A DNA stretch of 64,000 nucleotides, taken from the NCBI GenBank assembly GCA_964016885.1, contig OZ024740.1, positions 148,676,001-148,740,000 on the forward strand, in the 5' to 3' direction. The DNA comes from Eledone cirrhosa. Lineage: Eukaryota. Under the pieces are notes generated by a model. It was not told the DNA's origin. It worked only from the letters and a program-made list of their open reading frames with translations, and searched no databases. Below, in pieces: positions 13,921 to 27,280 of this stretch. A program made the translations under genes and the position numbers. Numbering within the stretch: position 1 is the first letter of the stretch; each line of letters opens with the position of its first letter.

Positions 13921-14774
13921 GTTCTTTGAGTCTCAGTCATTGATGTTAGTTAACTGGAAAGTTTGTTGAAATGAATATCAAGCCACTACCTGCAGCCTCA
14001 GATATTCAGGACGTATCGGAGGGTTCTTGCTGTTCCCAGCAAGCATGCCTTTTGAAGCGCTCCAAAAAGCGTGAAGGGGCCAATTTTCTTAAACCATCCC
14101 TGGAAACTCTTTGAGATAGTACCTAGTGCGCCTATGACAATCAGGACCACTTTGACTTCATGGTAGTTCCAAATCCTTTTTACCTCCCACTTTAAGTCCT
14201 GGTATCGGTTAATGTTCTCCCTCTCCTTCTCTTTTACTCTCGTATCGAATGGGCAGGCTACATCCACAATCAGGCACGATCTTTTTTCTTTGTCCAAAAC
14301 CACCAGGTCAGGTCTATTGTGTTCCAGTTTCTTGTCCGTCTGTATCCTAAAATCCCACAGCACCTTCACCTGATCGTTTTCTATCACCGACTCTGGCTTA
14401 TGCTCATACCACTTCTCAGAATGTGGTAAATTGTTTACTTTGCATAGGTGCCAGTGGATCACCCTGCCCATCACATCATGTCTCCAGCCCTTATAGTGAG
14501 TCTGGGCTAGGTGTTTACACTCGGATACAATGTGAGCCACAGTCTCCTCTTTCTCTCCCACACATCCTGCACAGTGGGCTAGCCTCTTCCTTGTAAATAT
14601 GGTGTTTCAACCACTTCGTTTTGCGGGCCTGCTCTTGCGCAGCCATTAACATTCCTTCTGTAGCCTTTTTAAGGTCTCCTCTTTTCAACCAGTTCCATGG
14701 CTGTGGATCTCTGAATTCAGTTTTCTCAAAGAAGGTACTATGAAGGGATTTTTCCTGAAGGCTGCTCTTTCTCC

Positions 14775-14775
<1 letters not shown>
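13921..14775 (-). mobile_element. R4/Dong-clade non-LTR retrotransposon, 5'-truncated 3' fragment (CCHC + restriction-like endonuclease)
   Basis: ETVAHIVSEC, RHD, WDFRIQTD..NRPDLVV..IVDVACPFD..RYQDL, VIGALG; flanked by (TTA)n at 13910-13920 and 14776-14842. Confidence 0.85.
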
Positions 14776-14842
<67 letters not shown>

Positions 14843-16170
14843 GGTCTGATCGGACGTCTTTTCGTTTGCTTCCGTAAGTCTTTTTATTTACCTGTCATAA
14901 ATTATTTATTGTTAAATTTTTGTTGTGTAAAGCAGTGCTACTCAAAGTGATGGTCCGCGGACCGGTGCCTGTACGCAAGCCATCAGCTGTGAAGGGGAAA
15001 GTATAATATTTGGGCCTTTTGGCCCAAATATTTGAACAGTCCTGGTCACAGAGGAGGAAATGGCGGTCGCAAGACACATGGTAACCAGAAGTGATTTTTC
15101 AGTGTCCTTGAAACCACCAACCAACTTCTTGGAGGAACAAAAGCGACGCACAATTTCCTCGAAATCGCGTCGTGTGGACAGAGCCTTGGAGACCAAAATC
15201 CAGAAGGCCTTGGGCACTGTGTGGGCACGGAAAACCCACATCACCCGAGGCAAGAAATATGCTATCATGGACGTCCTTCTTTCTACCACCCAGGAACCAA
15301 AATCGCACTCACTGAGGACCTTACGCAGTGATGACATAACATTTGTCCCGTTTTACTGCGGGAAAAAAATTGTAAAGGTCAGAGTAACCGAGGTTTCACC
15401 CTACTTACCCGTACCTCGGCTGGTAGTGTCTGTTCTTATGGGTATTGAGAATAGAACAATCATTCTGCAGGTACAGGGGTTGGGAAGAGAGGACTGGTCC
15501 GGTATTGGAATGGAGATACTCATCAAAACGGACCAGGACTGCATCAGCGCTATTCCCGACGAAATAGACCTCGGGAATGGCTCCCAATTTCCCATATCTG
15601 TGGAAGGAAGGTGCCCAAAGTGTTTCAACTGTGGATCGAAGTCTCACCTCAGGGCCTTCTGCCCACAGAAAATAACAAAGGCGAAGGTCCCCCTCCTTCC
15701 AATGCCAGAACTGCTGCCATCAGAAACAGAGCAGTTAGCGAAAAGGTCGGGAGATCCTATAGAGAGTAGGAGGACAACGACTGTGGCACCCACACCAAAG
15801 CCACGGACAACAAAAACAACGGCGACAACTGCAGCAACAGAAACAAGTGCACTAGTCGCACCTGTAGCAAGAACGGCAGACCAAGCTCCACCAACACCAC
15901 CACCACCAACAACAACAAAGACAAATGAGAGGGTAGAACTCATACCCCACTCCGACCTCTCACAGTTGAACATGGAGTATGAGGCGGCTGAGGATTGGAA
16001 AACGGTTGTCAACAAAAAAACAAACAAACGTAAACACACCACAGCTTCTCCCTCCAAAAGCGAAGGCAAAGAAAGAGGGGTAAAGGCTGCAAGGCGACTT
16101 GTAGCAACATCAAATAGAGTAGAGCGAGAGCTAGTTAGAAAGCTAGAAGAGGCGTTGATACCTGAGACTA
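14843..16170 (+). mobile_element. Tx1/L1-like LINE 5' part: UTR and gag-like ORF1 (ATG 15060) with CCHC zinc knuckle
   Basis: VEGRCPKCFNCGSKSHLRAFCP, then a Thr/Pro-rich linker and WKTVVNKK. Confidence 0.7.
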
Positions 16171-16405
16171 ATACAGTGTCCCTGGGTTGGTTGGGGCTAC
16201 TCAGGTCAGTCCTGGGTCCACCATTTACCCCATCATGGCTCTGCTGGGTGGCTATAGGATCAGCTGTTGGCTGTCCAAAGATCCTAAGTCTATTCCTATT
16301 GATATTAGCTATGTGCTGGGCTACGCTGCACGTGGTAGAATACGAAAGCTTCACCGTGTGTCCATTGAAGATATGTCGGGAGATGATATGATATCTGACC
16401 AATAA
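16170..16405 (-). mobile_element. Penelope-like element fragment
   Basis: IFNGHTVKLSYSTTCSVAQHIANIN is homologous to ILNPNTIRLSYSTAPNIEQHIKKLN in the PLE ORF at 27883-29196. Confidence 0.7.
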
Positions 16406-16771
16406 GGTAACGGCATATCCTTCGGACGCTGAAATTCGTTCATTTTAAATCATATGCTTTCAGTTCCTTAGAGGAATAACACCACACTCTGGATCAGAAC
16501 ATATCAATGGATTAACAAGGTAAAATCTATTACAACATTATGTTTTCCTGTTTTTCTGTTCAAGTTCTTACTGCTTGATGAGCTCATAGCTGTTGAATAA
16601 TGGCTATCACTGCAATATATATAGCAGCGAAGATGAAAAAACAAAGCTAATTTTACCCTGTTGACTTACACTTCTTGTTTCTACATCACTACGGAGTAAA
16701 CAGACCAACTTGCATACTTCGTTGAGTGCTCTAATCTGCATACTGAAGTCTCGGTAACAACTAACATACTC

Positions 16772-16832
<61 letters not shown>

Positions 16833-16959
16833 AGAAATTTAACGTGTGTTCGTTGGTGTGTTGGTAAATAAGATTTTAATCATGTACTTTTCTACGACGT
16901 TTCCCAACGGTGTTCCGAGGAATGAAGATTGAAGTGTGTGTAAAATACATTCGTGGAGA

Positions 16960-19470
16960 AAGCCTATTAAAAAGCCACAGTGACCCAGACCACCAGGGCA
17001 AGTGCCCTCTCCCAGTTTTCCACCTTTAATTTACAGACACATACTCAGACTAGGCCCATTCATACGGGCCATTCTTGCCTCTCTCACCCATCTTTCAACA
17101 AAATACTGGGAAGAGAGCACTCCCTTCTCTACCCTGATTTTCCTTTTCAAATGAAATTGGAAAAAGTTAATCAGGGCATCACCGAAGAGGTAACTGCTCG
17201 TCTTCAGCCCTTTCAAACGTGTCCACCATACTATCTCTTTCGCCATGGCCACCAGACAGATAAAAACTGCCTGCCCTTCCCGGCAGGAGGAAGAGGGCGG
17301 GGCAATCCTCACGATGGACTCAGCTGATAGTCGGATCCGTTCTACACGCGACAGGAGGTGTTCGACATAAACCCACAAGTCAGCAATGCTCGGATACTGG
17401 ACGAGTGCATGCAGGACGGTGTCGTCACCCTGCGCGCATCTCGGACATGAATTTTTATTATCCACAAGGGTTGAAACAAAGTATAACATTAAGGACAGCA
17501 CAGGATAGTACAGGACGGTACAGGATGGTACAAATGGGCATTTCTTCGTATAAAAACCAAAAACAATCAAAATTATATAAATAAAAAACAAAAACAAAGG
17601 ATGTAAAAAAAAAAGAAACAAGGAAAAATTCACAAATAGCGGGGAGATTTCCTAGGGTCCGGCGCGCATCTCGGTCCGGCCCGGCTAATGGCACTTCCAT
17701 GCCCGTAAAGTTTAAGTCAAACTGGCAAGGTAACACAACCAGGCCAGGGATTTCTGGCAGTTGTCCATGGGCCCCGGCCCGAAAGTTCTCCCGAAGAGAT
17801 TGGCTAGTTTTCGTCGATGCCCAGAGTCTCCCCAAAGACGTCGTCTCTCTTCCCTCCACTAAACCTATATAGAACGCCAAGGTGGAGTTTCCACCGATCG
17901 CATCGTCCGATTGGTCGAGGGCTGTGAGCGCCTGAAGACATTCCGATCTCAAAGAACTCAATCTCGTTCTTCATTTGACCCAGGACTGCAGCTCCGTCAA
18001 GGAGACGAGCTTGGTCAAAACGCGTCTAGCAAATGCGACCACACCTGATCACCGTCGAGGAAGAGGTGGAGATGCTGTAGCCTGAGTGCATGTCAGCGCA
18101 TCATCAGCCACGGCATGCCAAGCGTTCCACGTAGTGGGTGTTGACAGCAAATGGACCGCCTGATCATCGGAGCGCCTCCCTTCCACACAAAAGCGAAAGA
18201 GAAAATGCTGCAACGCAGTCAGGGGAGGCACGACGATCAGACGGTAGTAGATGATGGGTGCAATGTACGCGTTCGCGACCTGAGCTCAACCTTTCAGGGA
18301 TAGCTTCCTCTCGGCCTATTCTGGGTGAGAGAGGCCCCCCTGCTCGTCACCTCGTCCCAGGTTTCGTCTGTCTGGAGGTCAGGACTGAACCAGACCCCTA
18401 GCAATTTAAATGGTTCGTCTGTCCAGCGCCCAACGATGCTGTTGGATCGCATGGACCTTCCTCTCCAGGTGCCGAGCCGCAGGCCCACCGACTTGGTTGA
18501 TCATTGTTCGTGTCACCGCCTCGTATTCTATTAATGTAGTGCCGGTCTCCTCGATGTGTTTGGCGCTCGACACCAATACGGGGACGTCGTCAGCATATGC
18601 TGACATGGTTCTTCCGCATCACAATTCACGCGCGACACTCTTTTAACGCCTCCAGTTTGTGCAGTAATGGCACGAGAGCCAATACGTACACCAGGGACGA
18701 GAGGGGATATCTTTGATGGACCGAGCGCATGATGTTGAACGGTTCCTAAAGGTGACCGTTCACTCTCACCACTGAGCAGATGTCGCTGAGCATTGCAGCA
18801 ATCCAGCCTTCGAAGACGGGCCCAAAGCCGGCCGCTCGAAGTCTACCGATGAAAAGCGCCAACCTCTTTGCTAACACTATGGCCAAGATATTGAACACTG
18901 CATTTAGCAGAGTTATGGTCCTGAGCTATGTTGTCCCCCTTGTTCAGATCTTTTCTCAGCAATCCCACCGCTCCTCGGCTCACAGAGCTGGGAATTCTCC
19001 CGTTCTGCTGCCAGTTGCAGAGGTCGCCAAACAAGTCTGGCATGTGTACGTAAAGCTCGTAGGGCAGACTATCCAAACCAGGCGATTTACCCATCATGCA
19101 GTCAGTCATTGCTACCCGTAATTCAGCGGCTGTTATCGGCTTTTCGCAACACTCCGCCTCAGTGGCCGAGAGCTGCCGCAGACCATCGAGGTAGGCACTA
19201 AAGTTCGTCTGACGATCCAGCCCCCCGCTGCCCCCGAACAGCTTCACGAAGTGTCGCTGAAAGGCCGCATACATTTGCCCGTGATCGAGTAAAAGCTCCC
19301 GTCGTGGTCTTCCAAAGACCGAATCGTGTCCTTGTTGCCACGACGTACCTCCGCCACTCGGGCCCATCGAACGGCCTTCGTCCCCTCGTGTCTGAGAGCA
19401 CGTGCCATAGCTCTGACAACGATCGAACCTTGAGCAGATCAATAGCGAAACGCGCGTCACTATCCAATAA
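16960..19470 (-). mobile_element. Tx1/L1-clade LINE ORF2 remnant (RT + C-terminal CCHC), frameshifted
   Basis: KSPGLDSLPYELY, SAYADDV, FKLLGVWF, CPRCAQGDDTVLHALVQ, FVERW. Confidence 0.88.
17445..17661 (-). mobile_element. LINE 3'-UTR fragment inserted into the Tx1 ORF2 with a 13-bp TSD
   Basis: gcgcgcatctcgg at 17432-17444 and 17662-17674; homologous to 13740-13905 (+), ending in aataaa. Confidence 0.8.
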
Positions 19471-20636
19471 ACGTAATGAAGGACATAACAAATTGTCCTT
19501 TTTATTATATATAAATATATATATTTATTTATTGTGGGGGCCCCAGGGCAGCAAAGTGAAGAGCTGCCCCGGTCGGCACACATTCCAGCTACGTCACTGT
19601 CTATCACTGCCTGAATCCTACGCAATATATTGAGCCTCTGAGACCAGGGACTTATCTTAGTCCATGCTGCACCTAGCAACCTATTGCTAGAGAAACCTAA
19701 CAAAAGCAAAAATATATATATATATATATTATTATTATTATATAAATAAACAAATAAAGTACCAGTAATGCACTGGTGTAATTGCCGGCCTTGTGCCAAA
19801 AGTAGAAACAAATATTAAGTTAGTTTATAACAAATTACTTTTCAGAGAGGTGAACGCAACTCAATTAAATGATTAACATTTGTATTCAGTAGGTGTATAT
19901 AAATTTAGTTGATATTTACCTGAGTGTGTACATGTGTTATCCGTATCAGTATATTCGAAGATTTATTGTTAAAAAAAAAAAAATAATAATAATGATTTCT
20001 TTACAATAATAATGATTACAAAAAAAATAAACCAATCTTTTTGTCGCACATTCTCGTTGTACGTAATTGGGAGTAATCTACCACTCCTTGATATTCAGTG
20101 AACGAAGTTTATTCAGTCATATATATAAATTACTAAGATTAAATAGCTCACATAACTGGAACGACATTAAGCAGGTAAGTAGATAGTTATTCATACACAC
20201 TATTTTTATTTTCCGATTTAGTTTTCACCGTGCAAGTCAACAATGCATACATTTTAGATGACGACATTAATTATCTTTTCGCATTTTAAGACATTAGGTA
20301 TTAATTTCAAAGAGCTTTTAGGCGAGTTGGTGGTGCATTCATGCTCATCCTATCTTCTAACAAGTCCTACAAATAGTTGTTTTTAAGTATATATGATAAA
20401 TGTTGCTTGAATTGATAAATACTTAAGATTTATGCAGTACATACACAGAGGCACACACGTACAGGCATACATATAAACACACATACATACAAACACACAA
20501 ACATTCGCACAAAGAAACAAACTAATACATATTATTTATTAGTTAGACTGTGGTCATGCTGGAGCATCGCCTTTATTTATTCGATCGTATCTACCCCAAT
20601 ACTTATTTCTTCAATGCTGTACTTATTCTCTCTCTC

Positions 20637-20671
<35 letters not shown>

Positions 20672-20935
20672 ATTAAAAAGTACGCCTCCACTATTCAGGC
20701 GCAAAGGTTAACCACGCCCACTAATCAGTGTTAACCTCATACCCAACCACTAGAACAAAACATAAATTGATCAAAGAAGGATTAGCAGCAGGCACCACAG
20801 CTGATACTTCAAAGTCATCGATACCATTTATATTCGAAAAGAAAATTCATAATCTGTTCACTTCTTCGATGTTCAATTAATTCTTCTATGTACACGTGAA
20901 CAAAAACTAACCACTTCAATATATATGTGTAAGTG

Positions 20936-20993
<58 letters not shown>

Positions 20994-21003
20994 GTTATAT
21001 ATA

Positions 21004-23750
21004 TATTAGATTATCCAAGATGTAGTAATGGTTAATTACTACACTGGATATGGTTGACGTACGGTAAGAGGTTACTCTACGAGTTATGGAAGAATTGTTG
21101 AAGAAACTTAGTTCCTGATCCTTCTGTATTCCGGAGTGTATATAAAGAATGAATAATAACAGGTAGACATCATAAAAAAGGTAATTTATTCCGTGAGCTT
21201 ACAAATGTTTCCACGGTGGTACTACAGCCTAGTTATGCTATGTGCAAATTTACAAGTATTTGCAGAACTCAAATATCCAATGCTGTGACCACTGTATCCT
21301 CAGAGCAGAATGGTAAAATGTACAATGTAAATACCCTTAAGTGGGGTTGTTGGGGAAGATAGAGTAGAAAATGAAGAGAGAAAAGTAGGGGAGAGGGAGA
21401 GAGAGAGAAAGATATGCAGGGGTTGGAGAAGTAGGAGAGAGTGGTTTGTAGATATCTTAATCAAAATGTTATGGTAGGGGTTTTATTATACTGGTTACTT
21501 TTGGAGAGATGCGTTGATAGTTAAGGTCGGAATTATTTATTGCCCCAGAGGGCAGGTTCATAGATGTGGAGAGGGAGGTAGGCCAAAGGTGAGAGAGAGA
21601 GAGAGTGTAATGGATGTAGAGAAGGGACAGACGAAGTTTATGTGGTGAGTGAAATTTGGGTTTGTAGCAGTAATCTACGAATTGCACTGAGTTACCATTT
21701 ATAGTGATAAGCAGTATATTGTCTTGTAGTGTGTAGTGTGGGAGAAGAGAAGGTAGTTAGCTAGAAAGCGATGTTATAGTTACGGGTTCGAATGTTAAGT
21801 TATTTTATAGTGAGAGAATTTAGCTTTTAGTTTGTGGTTGCAGTATAATGATCGTTCAATTCTATCGTTAAGTAGTCTGTTTTTGGATGTTAATATGTAA
21901 AAGAGTTCAAGGTTATGTAACCTGCAGTACTTTAATCCACTCCGATATGCACTTGCGCTGGAAAGTATATCCCATTTTAAGGTGAACTGTTGGTTGTGTT
22001 CACGGAGTTGCCAGGTCTTGTTGGCGAGCGTGGTCACAAAACGGTGATTAGGATGTTTGATTGAGAATCGATGACGGTACCAGCGAGATTTAAACGAGGT
22101 GGTGGTAGATCCGATATAATACCATTTCTGGTCGTTCGATTCAACCGTGTATTGGTAAACAATGTTGGACTTTAGGTATTCATTCTTCAATGGACATCTT
22201 TCAGGTAGATGGCAGTTACATTCTTTGTTGTGGGTAGCGGGTATACCATGGATAGGTTGTGATAGCGGTACAGGTGGATTGTGCAATACCCGTCTCCCAT
22301 TTAGTGGTTGGGAGGCAGATATTACGTTCTGCCCATCTGTTACTAAAATGTTTTGTTTTGTAGAGTTGTTTAATTGCCTTAAGTTAAGTTTTTTTATGTA
22401 TGCTTCAAGGTTTGGTGCCGTGGAGTATGATAGTCTAATAGTTTTAGAGTTCAGAATTTTGCTGTATTTATGGGAACTAGGGAAATGTTTGTTGATTAAC
22501 TTAAAGAATGAAAGAGATAGTTTTGTACTAATCGAGGCATTAAAAATAGGATTGTACCAGATATACTTTCTACAACGTGATTTATTTGGTGGTGATTTTC
22601 TATTATTAATATGTCTGGTAGTACTCTGTGTGTGCGCTTGTATTTTAGTCCCCCGGGTACGTATTCCTTGATTTCGTGTAGAGCTATGTGTGTTATGGAA
22701 ATTCCTATCAATGTATTCTATTGTATCCCGGTGGTCGGCCTTCCTTAATGCATTATTGTAGTATTCAGCGTGTTCACTAAAAATATCAGAGTTAGACGAT
22801 AGGCGAGAGATTCTAAGAGAAATACTCCGGGGAACTGATTTGATCATGGAGAGTGGGTGGTTAGAGTTAAAGTTAATATACGTAAAGTTCTCATTCACCT
22901 TGTGGAAGGGTCGTATCTGTCCGGTATTTAAATTAAGAGATACGTCCAGAAAGTTTACTACTTTAAGATTGTATTCGTATGTTATTTTTAGACCCAGTTC
23001 ACTAAAAGATTTTCTAATATTTTTCCGTAGCCTTTCAAGATTTTGGTTATTCAAGTTATTAACTAATAAGAGCCCGTCATCTCTGTAGATTACTAAATTT
23101 ACTATGTAATATGTGGGCTATGTAAATTCCCACGAGATCCGTGACCTCCGCTGAGTCGTTGGAACCCATGGTAATGTCGAAATTTGTGGGTCTGTCCTTA
23201 CGTTCCCAGTAGCAGTTATCAAACTTAATAATGGTTTTTCTAGCCTCGAGAATAATATTAATTTCGTCCTCCGTTAGGTCGGAATTGACCTTAGCAAACG
23301 ATAGGGCCTTACGTAAAGTGCTTGGTGAGATGGAAGAGTAGTATTCGTCTATGTCAAATTGTAAAAACTTAGATTTATGCTTATTCTTAACGTTATTAAA
23401 CCAGCGAATTGCTTCGCTAGTGATGCCCCATAATTTAATTTCAATTTTCTTTTTCACTTGAGTTATTACTCTGTCAAGTATATGTTTGCTAATTTTTCCT
23501 ATGTCTGATTTAGAAGGGCATATAAGTCTAATCTTAGGGTTAGAGTCAAAATTTACCTTATGGTCCTTCAGGTTGAAGGTGGGGGTAGCGGGTAAAATCG
23601 GCTCGGTTCTATCGTCTACTTTGAGTTCTGCAAATACTTGTAAATTTGCACATAGCATAACTAGGCTGTAGTACCACCGTGGAAACATTTGTAAGCACAC
23701 GGAATAAATTACCTTTTTATGATGTCTACCTGTTATTATTCATTCTTTAT
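21004..23750 (-). mobile_element. Penelope-like element (probably Naiad clade), 5'-truncated, with inverted partial pLTR at its 5' end
   Basis: ORFs 23077-23620 and 21795-23054: QFDIDEYY, TMGS, VVNFLDV, WYNP, RLSYS, CNCHLPERCPL, IVY..YYIGSTTTSFKSRWYRH (GIY-YIG); YRDD region disrupted by a small deletion; 23620-23750 is the reverse complement of 21139-21273; both ends in (TA)n. Confidence 0.93.
21197..21306 (-). ncRNA. Hammerhead motif with a long stem II, in the PLE pLTR
   Basis: gct-CTGAGGA-tacagtggt...accaccgtg-GAAAC attt GTA-agc. Confidence 0.75.
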
Positions 23751-24662
23751 ATATATATATATATTAAAATAAAATAACAGATTAAAGTTTAAGCAAAGAA
23801 TCGGTGCTTTCACCCTTAACGGGATCTTCTGAAACTAACAAAGTCAATCTGCCCTCTTCAAATTTATTATTACTATATATATATAGGTAGGTAGTACCAT
23901 GATGGCATCTTTGGACAGCTGCTTATGAAATAGGTGACAACTTCGATGTTAATTCAGTAGAGTTCACAACTGTTGTCACATGTAGGTATTTTGCCTGCAT
24001 CCCTATCTCTTTTGTGAATCAGATATTTTGTAGTTATATCCTGTTCTTGGGTTGCAAAAGTATATCCTTCAAAGTGAGAGCCAATATAGCGGTCGTTGCC
24101 CGAGATAGACTACTATCATTTTGGAGCTTCCTCAACATAGCCATGTCTGTTTTGATGATAAGCAAGCTGATTTTATCCATAGATTCATTACAGTATTACT
24201 GTGCAATTTCCCTGGGTGTAAATGTTTCTCAAGGAGCTCCTCTCAAATTCTCATGGGGTTATCTGTCTCGTGTAGACAGAATTGTTCAATAGATTGGTTC
24301 CTATGTTTGGTGATATGTAGATGTCGAAGGGATAAGATGTGACACTCAAATGCTGTCTGGACTCATGTTAGTGCTCTGCCTCCCTGTTTACATTTCTGTT
24401 GTGGAAATTTCCGTTGCTGGTTACTATTTTACGGATTCCATCTAGCGTCTAATTAAGAATTCCAAATCAGGACAGATACAGCAAAATCAATGTAGGCCAC
24501 TGATTTATTGTGCACAGAGAGTTCAGAAAACCATATTTTTTCTTAAACACGTGTATTATATTCAGGCGTATTATATATATAATACACCTGAATATCTAAA
24601 ACAAGTTTGACAAGTTGAGAAACCACCTTGTATGAATTGTACTTAAAAAGAGCTTATATGTA

Positions 24663-24693
<31 letters not shown>

Positions 24694-24724
24694 CGTTTCT
24701 GAATTTGTTTAGTAAGAATCCCCA

Positions 24725-24765
24725 GTCACTGAAGAGGTCACAGAATGTGTGACGAAAGAAATGGA
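24725..24765 (+). ncRNA. Hammerhead-like motif with degenerate stems I and III; inverted relative at 25605-25650, related copy at 36701-36741 (-)
   Basis: CTGAAGA-g-gtcaca gaatg tgtgac-GAAAG; the 36.7 kb copy has CTGACGA-t-gttgca gatg tgcaac-GAAAG aa CTT. Confidence 0.55.
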
Positions 24766-24912
24766 CAATATATAAACAACCATCCGGTTGTGGAACCAAC
24801 CAACCGGAAATTTATAAAATAATTTTAAATTTATAATTTAATTTATAATAAATTGCAGTGAAAGCAACTGGTGCGTGTGTTTCCTATTGGCAACATGACC
24901 CTCCCAAAGTAT

Positions 24913-25014
<102 letters not shown>

Positions 25015-25889
25015 AAGTTAAATAAAAGTCAAATGATTAAAATTTAGCTTCGTTTATTGCTGCTATATATATTTCAGTGAATTATTTATATATATATATA
25101 TATATAATAGAATTAGAATTTAGCTTCGAACATAAAACTATTTGGCAATCATATATATATATATAATAGAGAGAGAGAGAGAGAGAGAGAGTGTGTGAGA
25201 GAGAGAATGATACATATATATGTATTATTTGAATATCATATTTCTCAAGAAATACAGTATGTTTATAAATGAACATTTAGAAAGCCATAGCTATGAAAGA
25301 CACTGGCATCTAACACCACACAGCGGGGCTTGGCAGAAGCAAGGGAGACCATCGTCGATGCATTTCGAACTCAACTGGTGCTCGTCAGGACGATCTCTCT
25401 CGCTCTTGTAACTGCCTGACTTAAAAACAGGCGAACATATATATATATATATATTGTTATACTTTGGGAGGGTCATGTTGCCAATAAGAAACACACGCAC
25501 CAGTTGCTTTCACTTCAATTTATTATAATAAATTTATAAATTTAGGAATTTATAAATTTCCGGTTGGTTGGTTGTTTCCACAACCAGATGGTTGTTTATA
25601 TATTGTAAAAGTTCTTTCGTCACACATTCTGTGACCTCTTCAGTGACTGGGGATTTTTTTCTTTGTTTTTGTGCCTCTCCTTTGTTCTGTTCTACGCCAT
25701 CTTGTTTCTGAAACAACCAACCAACCGGAAATTTATAAATTCCTAAATTTATAAATTTATTATAATAAATTGAAGTGAAAGCAACTGGTGCGTGTGTTTC
25801 TTATTGGCAACATGACTCTCCCAAAGTATAACAATATCGGTTTCAACACACGTTTTCAGATAAAGAATCTTGCTAAACAAATTCAGAAA

Positions 25890-25927
<38 letters not shown>

Positions 25928-26134
25928 CCAAAGATTAATATGGTTCGTTGATTATTCAACGAATACAATTTTACAAAAACACTCGACAATAGATTTTCCT
26001 GGAGTATTTAATATTATTCAAAACATTAATAAATGAAAAATATTCTCATAATCAAAATGTATATTTTATATACATATTTCAAAGGTACAATGGTGTTTAA
26101 GTACGTTTTCATCTTATATATATATATATATATA

Positions 26135-26308
26135 AGATAGGGAGTAGTAAAAAACCAGGTGGATCATGACCAACCAGAGTACTCGATACTTGGGTTAGTA
26201 GAGTGGGTAATATGAAAAGAGTCAGGACCCCGACGGCTGAGCTCCGGCCGTTTCGACAGCTGTCGAAACGGTCGGGGCTCAGCTGCCGGGGTCCTGAATC
26301 TTTTCATA
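26135..26308 (-). repeat. Family A copy 2
   Basis: Palindrome 26211-26308 centred on gacagctgtc, with a tail ending in (TA)n. Confidence 0.88.
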
Positions 26309-26330
26309 TATGTATATATACACTTACACC

Positions 26331-26431
<101 letters not shown>

Positions 26432-26954
26432 CGTGCGTGCGTGTACATACTTGTAAACTTAACTCTAAATGAACAAGTGCTACCACAAACTCGTTGGATG
26501 ACATGCCGAACTGAGCATTCATGCAGCAGGGAAAATTAGTCCACGAGTAAAAATATTTTCCTTCGTCAAGTATGAGAACAATTAAGTGTTAAAAGTAGAC
26601 TGGCTGAGGTCATATCTTAGAAGACATGCGAACGAAATCTGCTTGATAACATGATAACTCTATTTTTAGTGACAAGTGAGATTTTCTAGTAGTATTTCTT
26701 GATTCAGGATAATAAACACAACTCGAATTTTGTGTTTGTACAATTGTGTGCATATACCTGTTTGTGCTTGTTTTCTTTCGTTCCTGTATGACCGTCCATT
26801 TCAGAAAAGTACGAAGAGTTCATGGGTATATAAGCCCCTCAAATATGTTATATATAATTTTTTTCAGTATACAAGGAAACTCGTATTTTCTCGCCTGTAT
26901 GAAATGTGTATAGTTATATATACATTGGCGCAGTATCGGTTATATACACTGTAA

Positions 26955-27003
<49 letters not shown>

Positions 27004-27024
27004 GTGTAAATAACCGATACTGCG

Positions 27025-27058
<34 letters not shown>

Positions 27059-27062
<4 letters not shown>

Positions 27063-27250
27063 AAAATGTTTGACCCCGACGGCAGAGCCCAAGCCTTTTT
27101 GACGGCTATTTCTGGACTCAGAAATAGCCGTCGAAACGGCTTGAGCTCTGCCGTCGGGGGTCAAACATTTTCCTATTACCCACTCTACTACCCTAAGTAT
27201 TGAGTAATCTGGTGCATTATGGTCCATCCTTAACACACTTCCTTCGTTAT
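27059..27250 (+). repeat. Family A copy 3
   Basis: Hairpin 27059-27175 plus tail; (TA)n on both sides. Confidence 0.9.
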
Positions 27251-27280
27251 ATATATATATATATATATTTTTTTTTTTTA

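Noticed and set aside
15644-16402. 252-aa minus-strand ORF as a gene
   Set aside because: Mostly the antisense shadow of Tx1 ORF1; only its N-terminal part is PLE-derived.
18843-19811. 322-aa ORF as a novel protein
   Set aside because: It reads through a SINE tail, a microsatellite and a Tx1 ORF2 remnant; an artefactual fusion.
23785-23835. Hammerhead on the - strand (related sequence at 36205-36265)
   Set aside because: The core reads CAGAAGA and lacks a valid NUH and stem I; at best a decayed copy.
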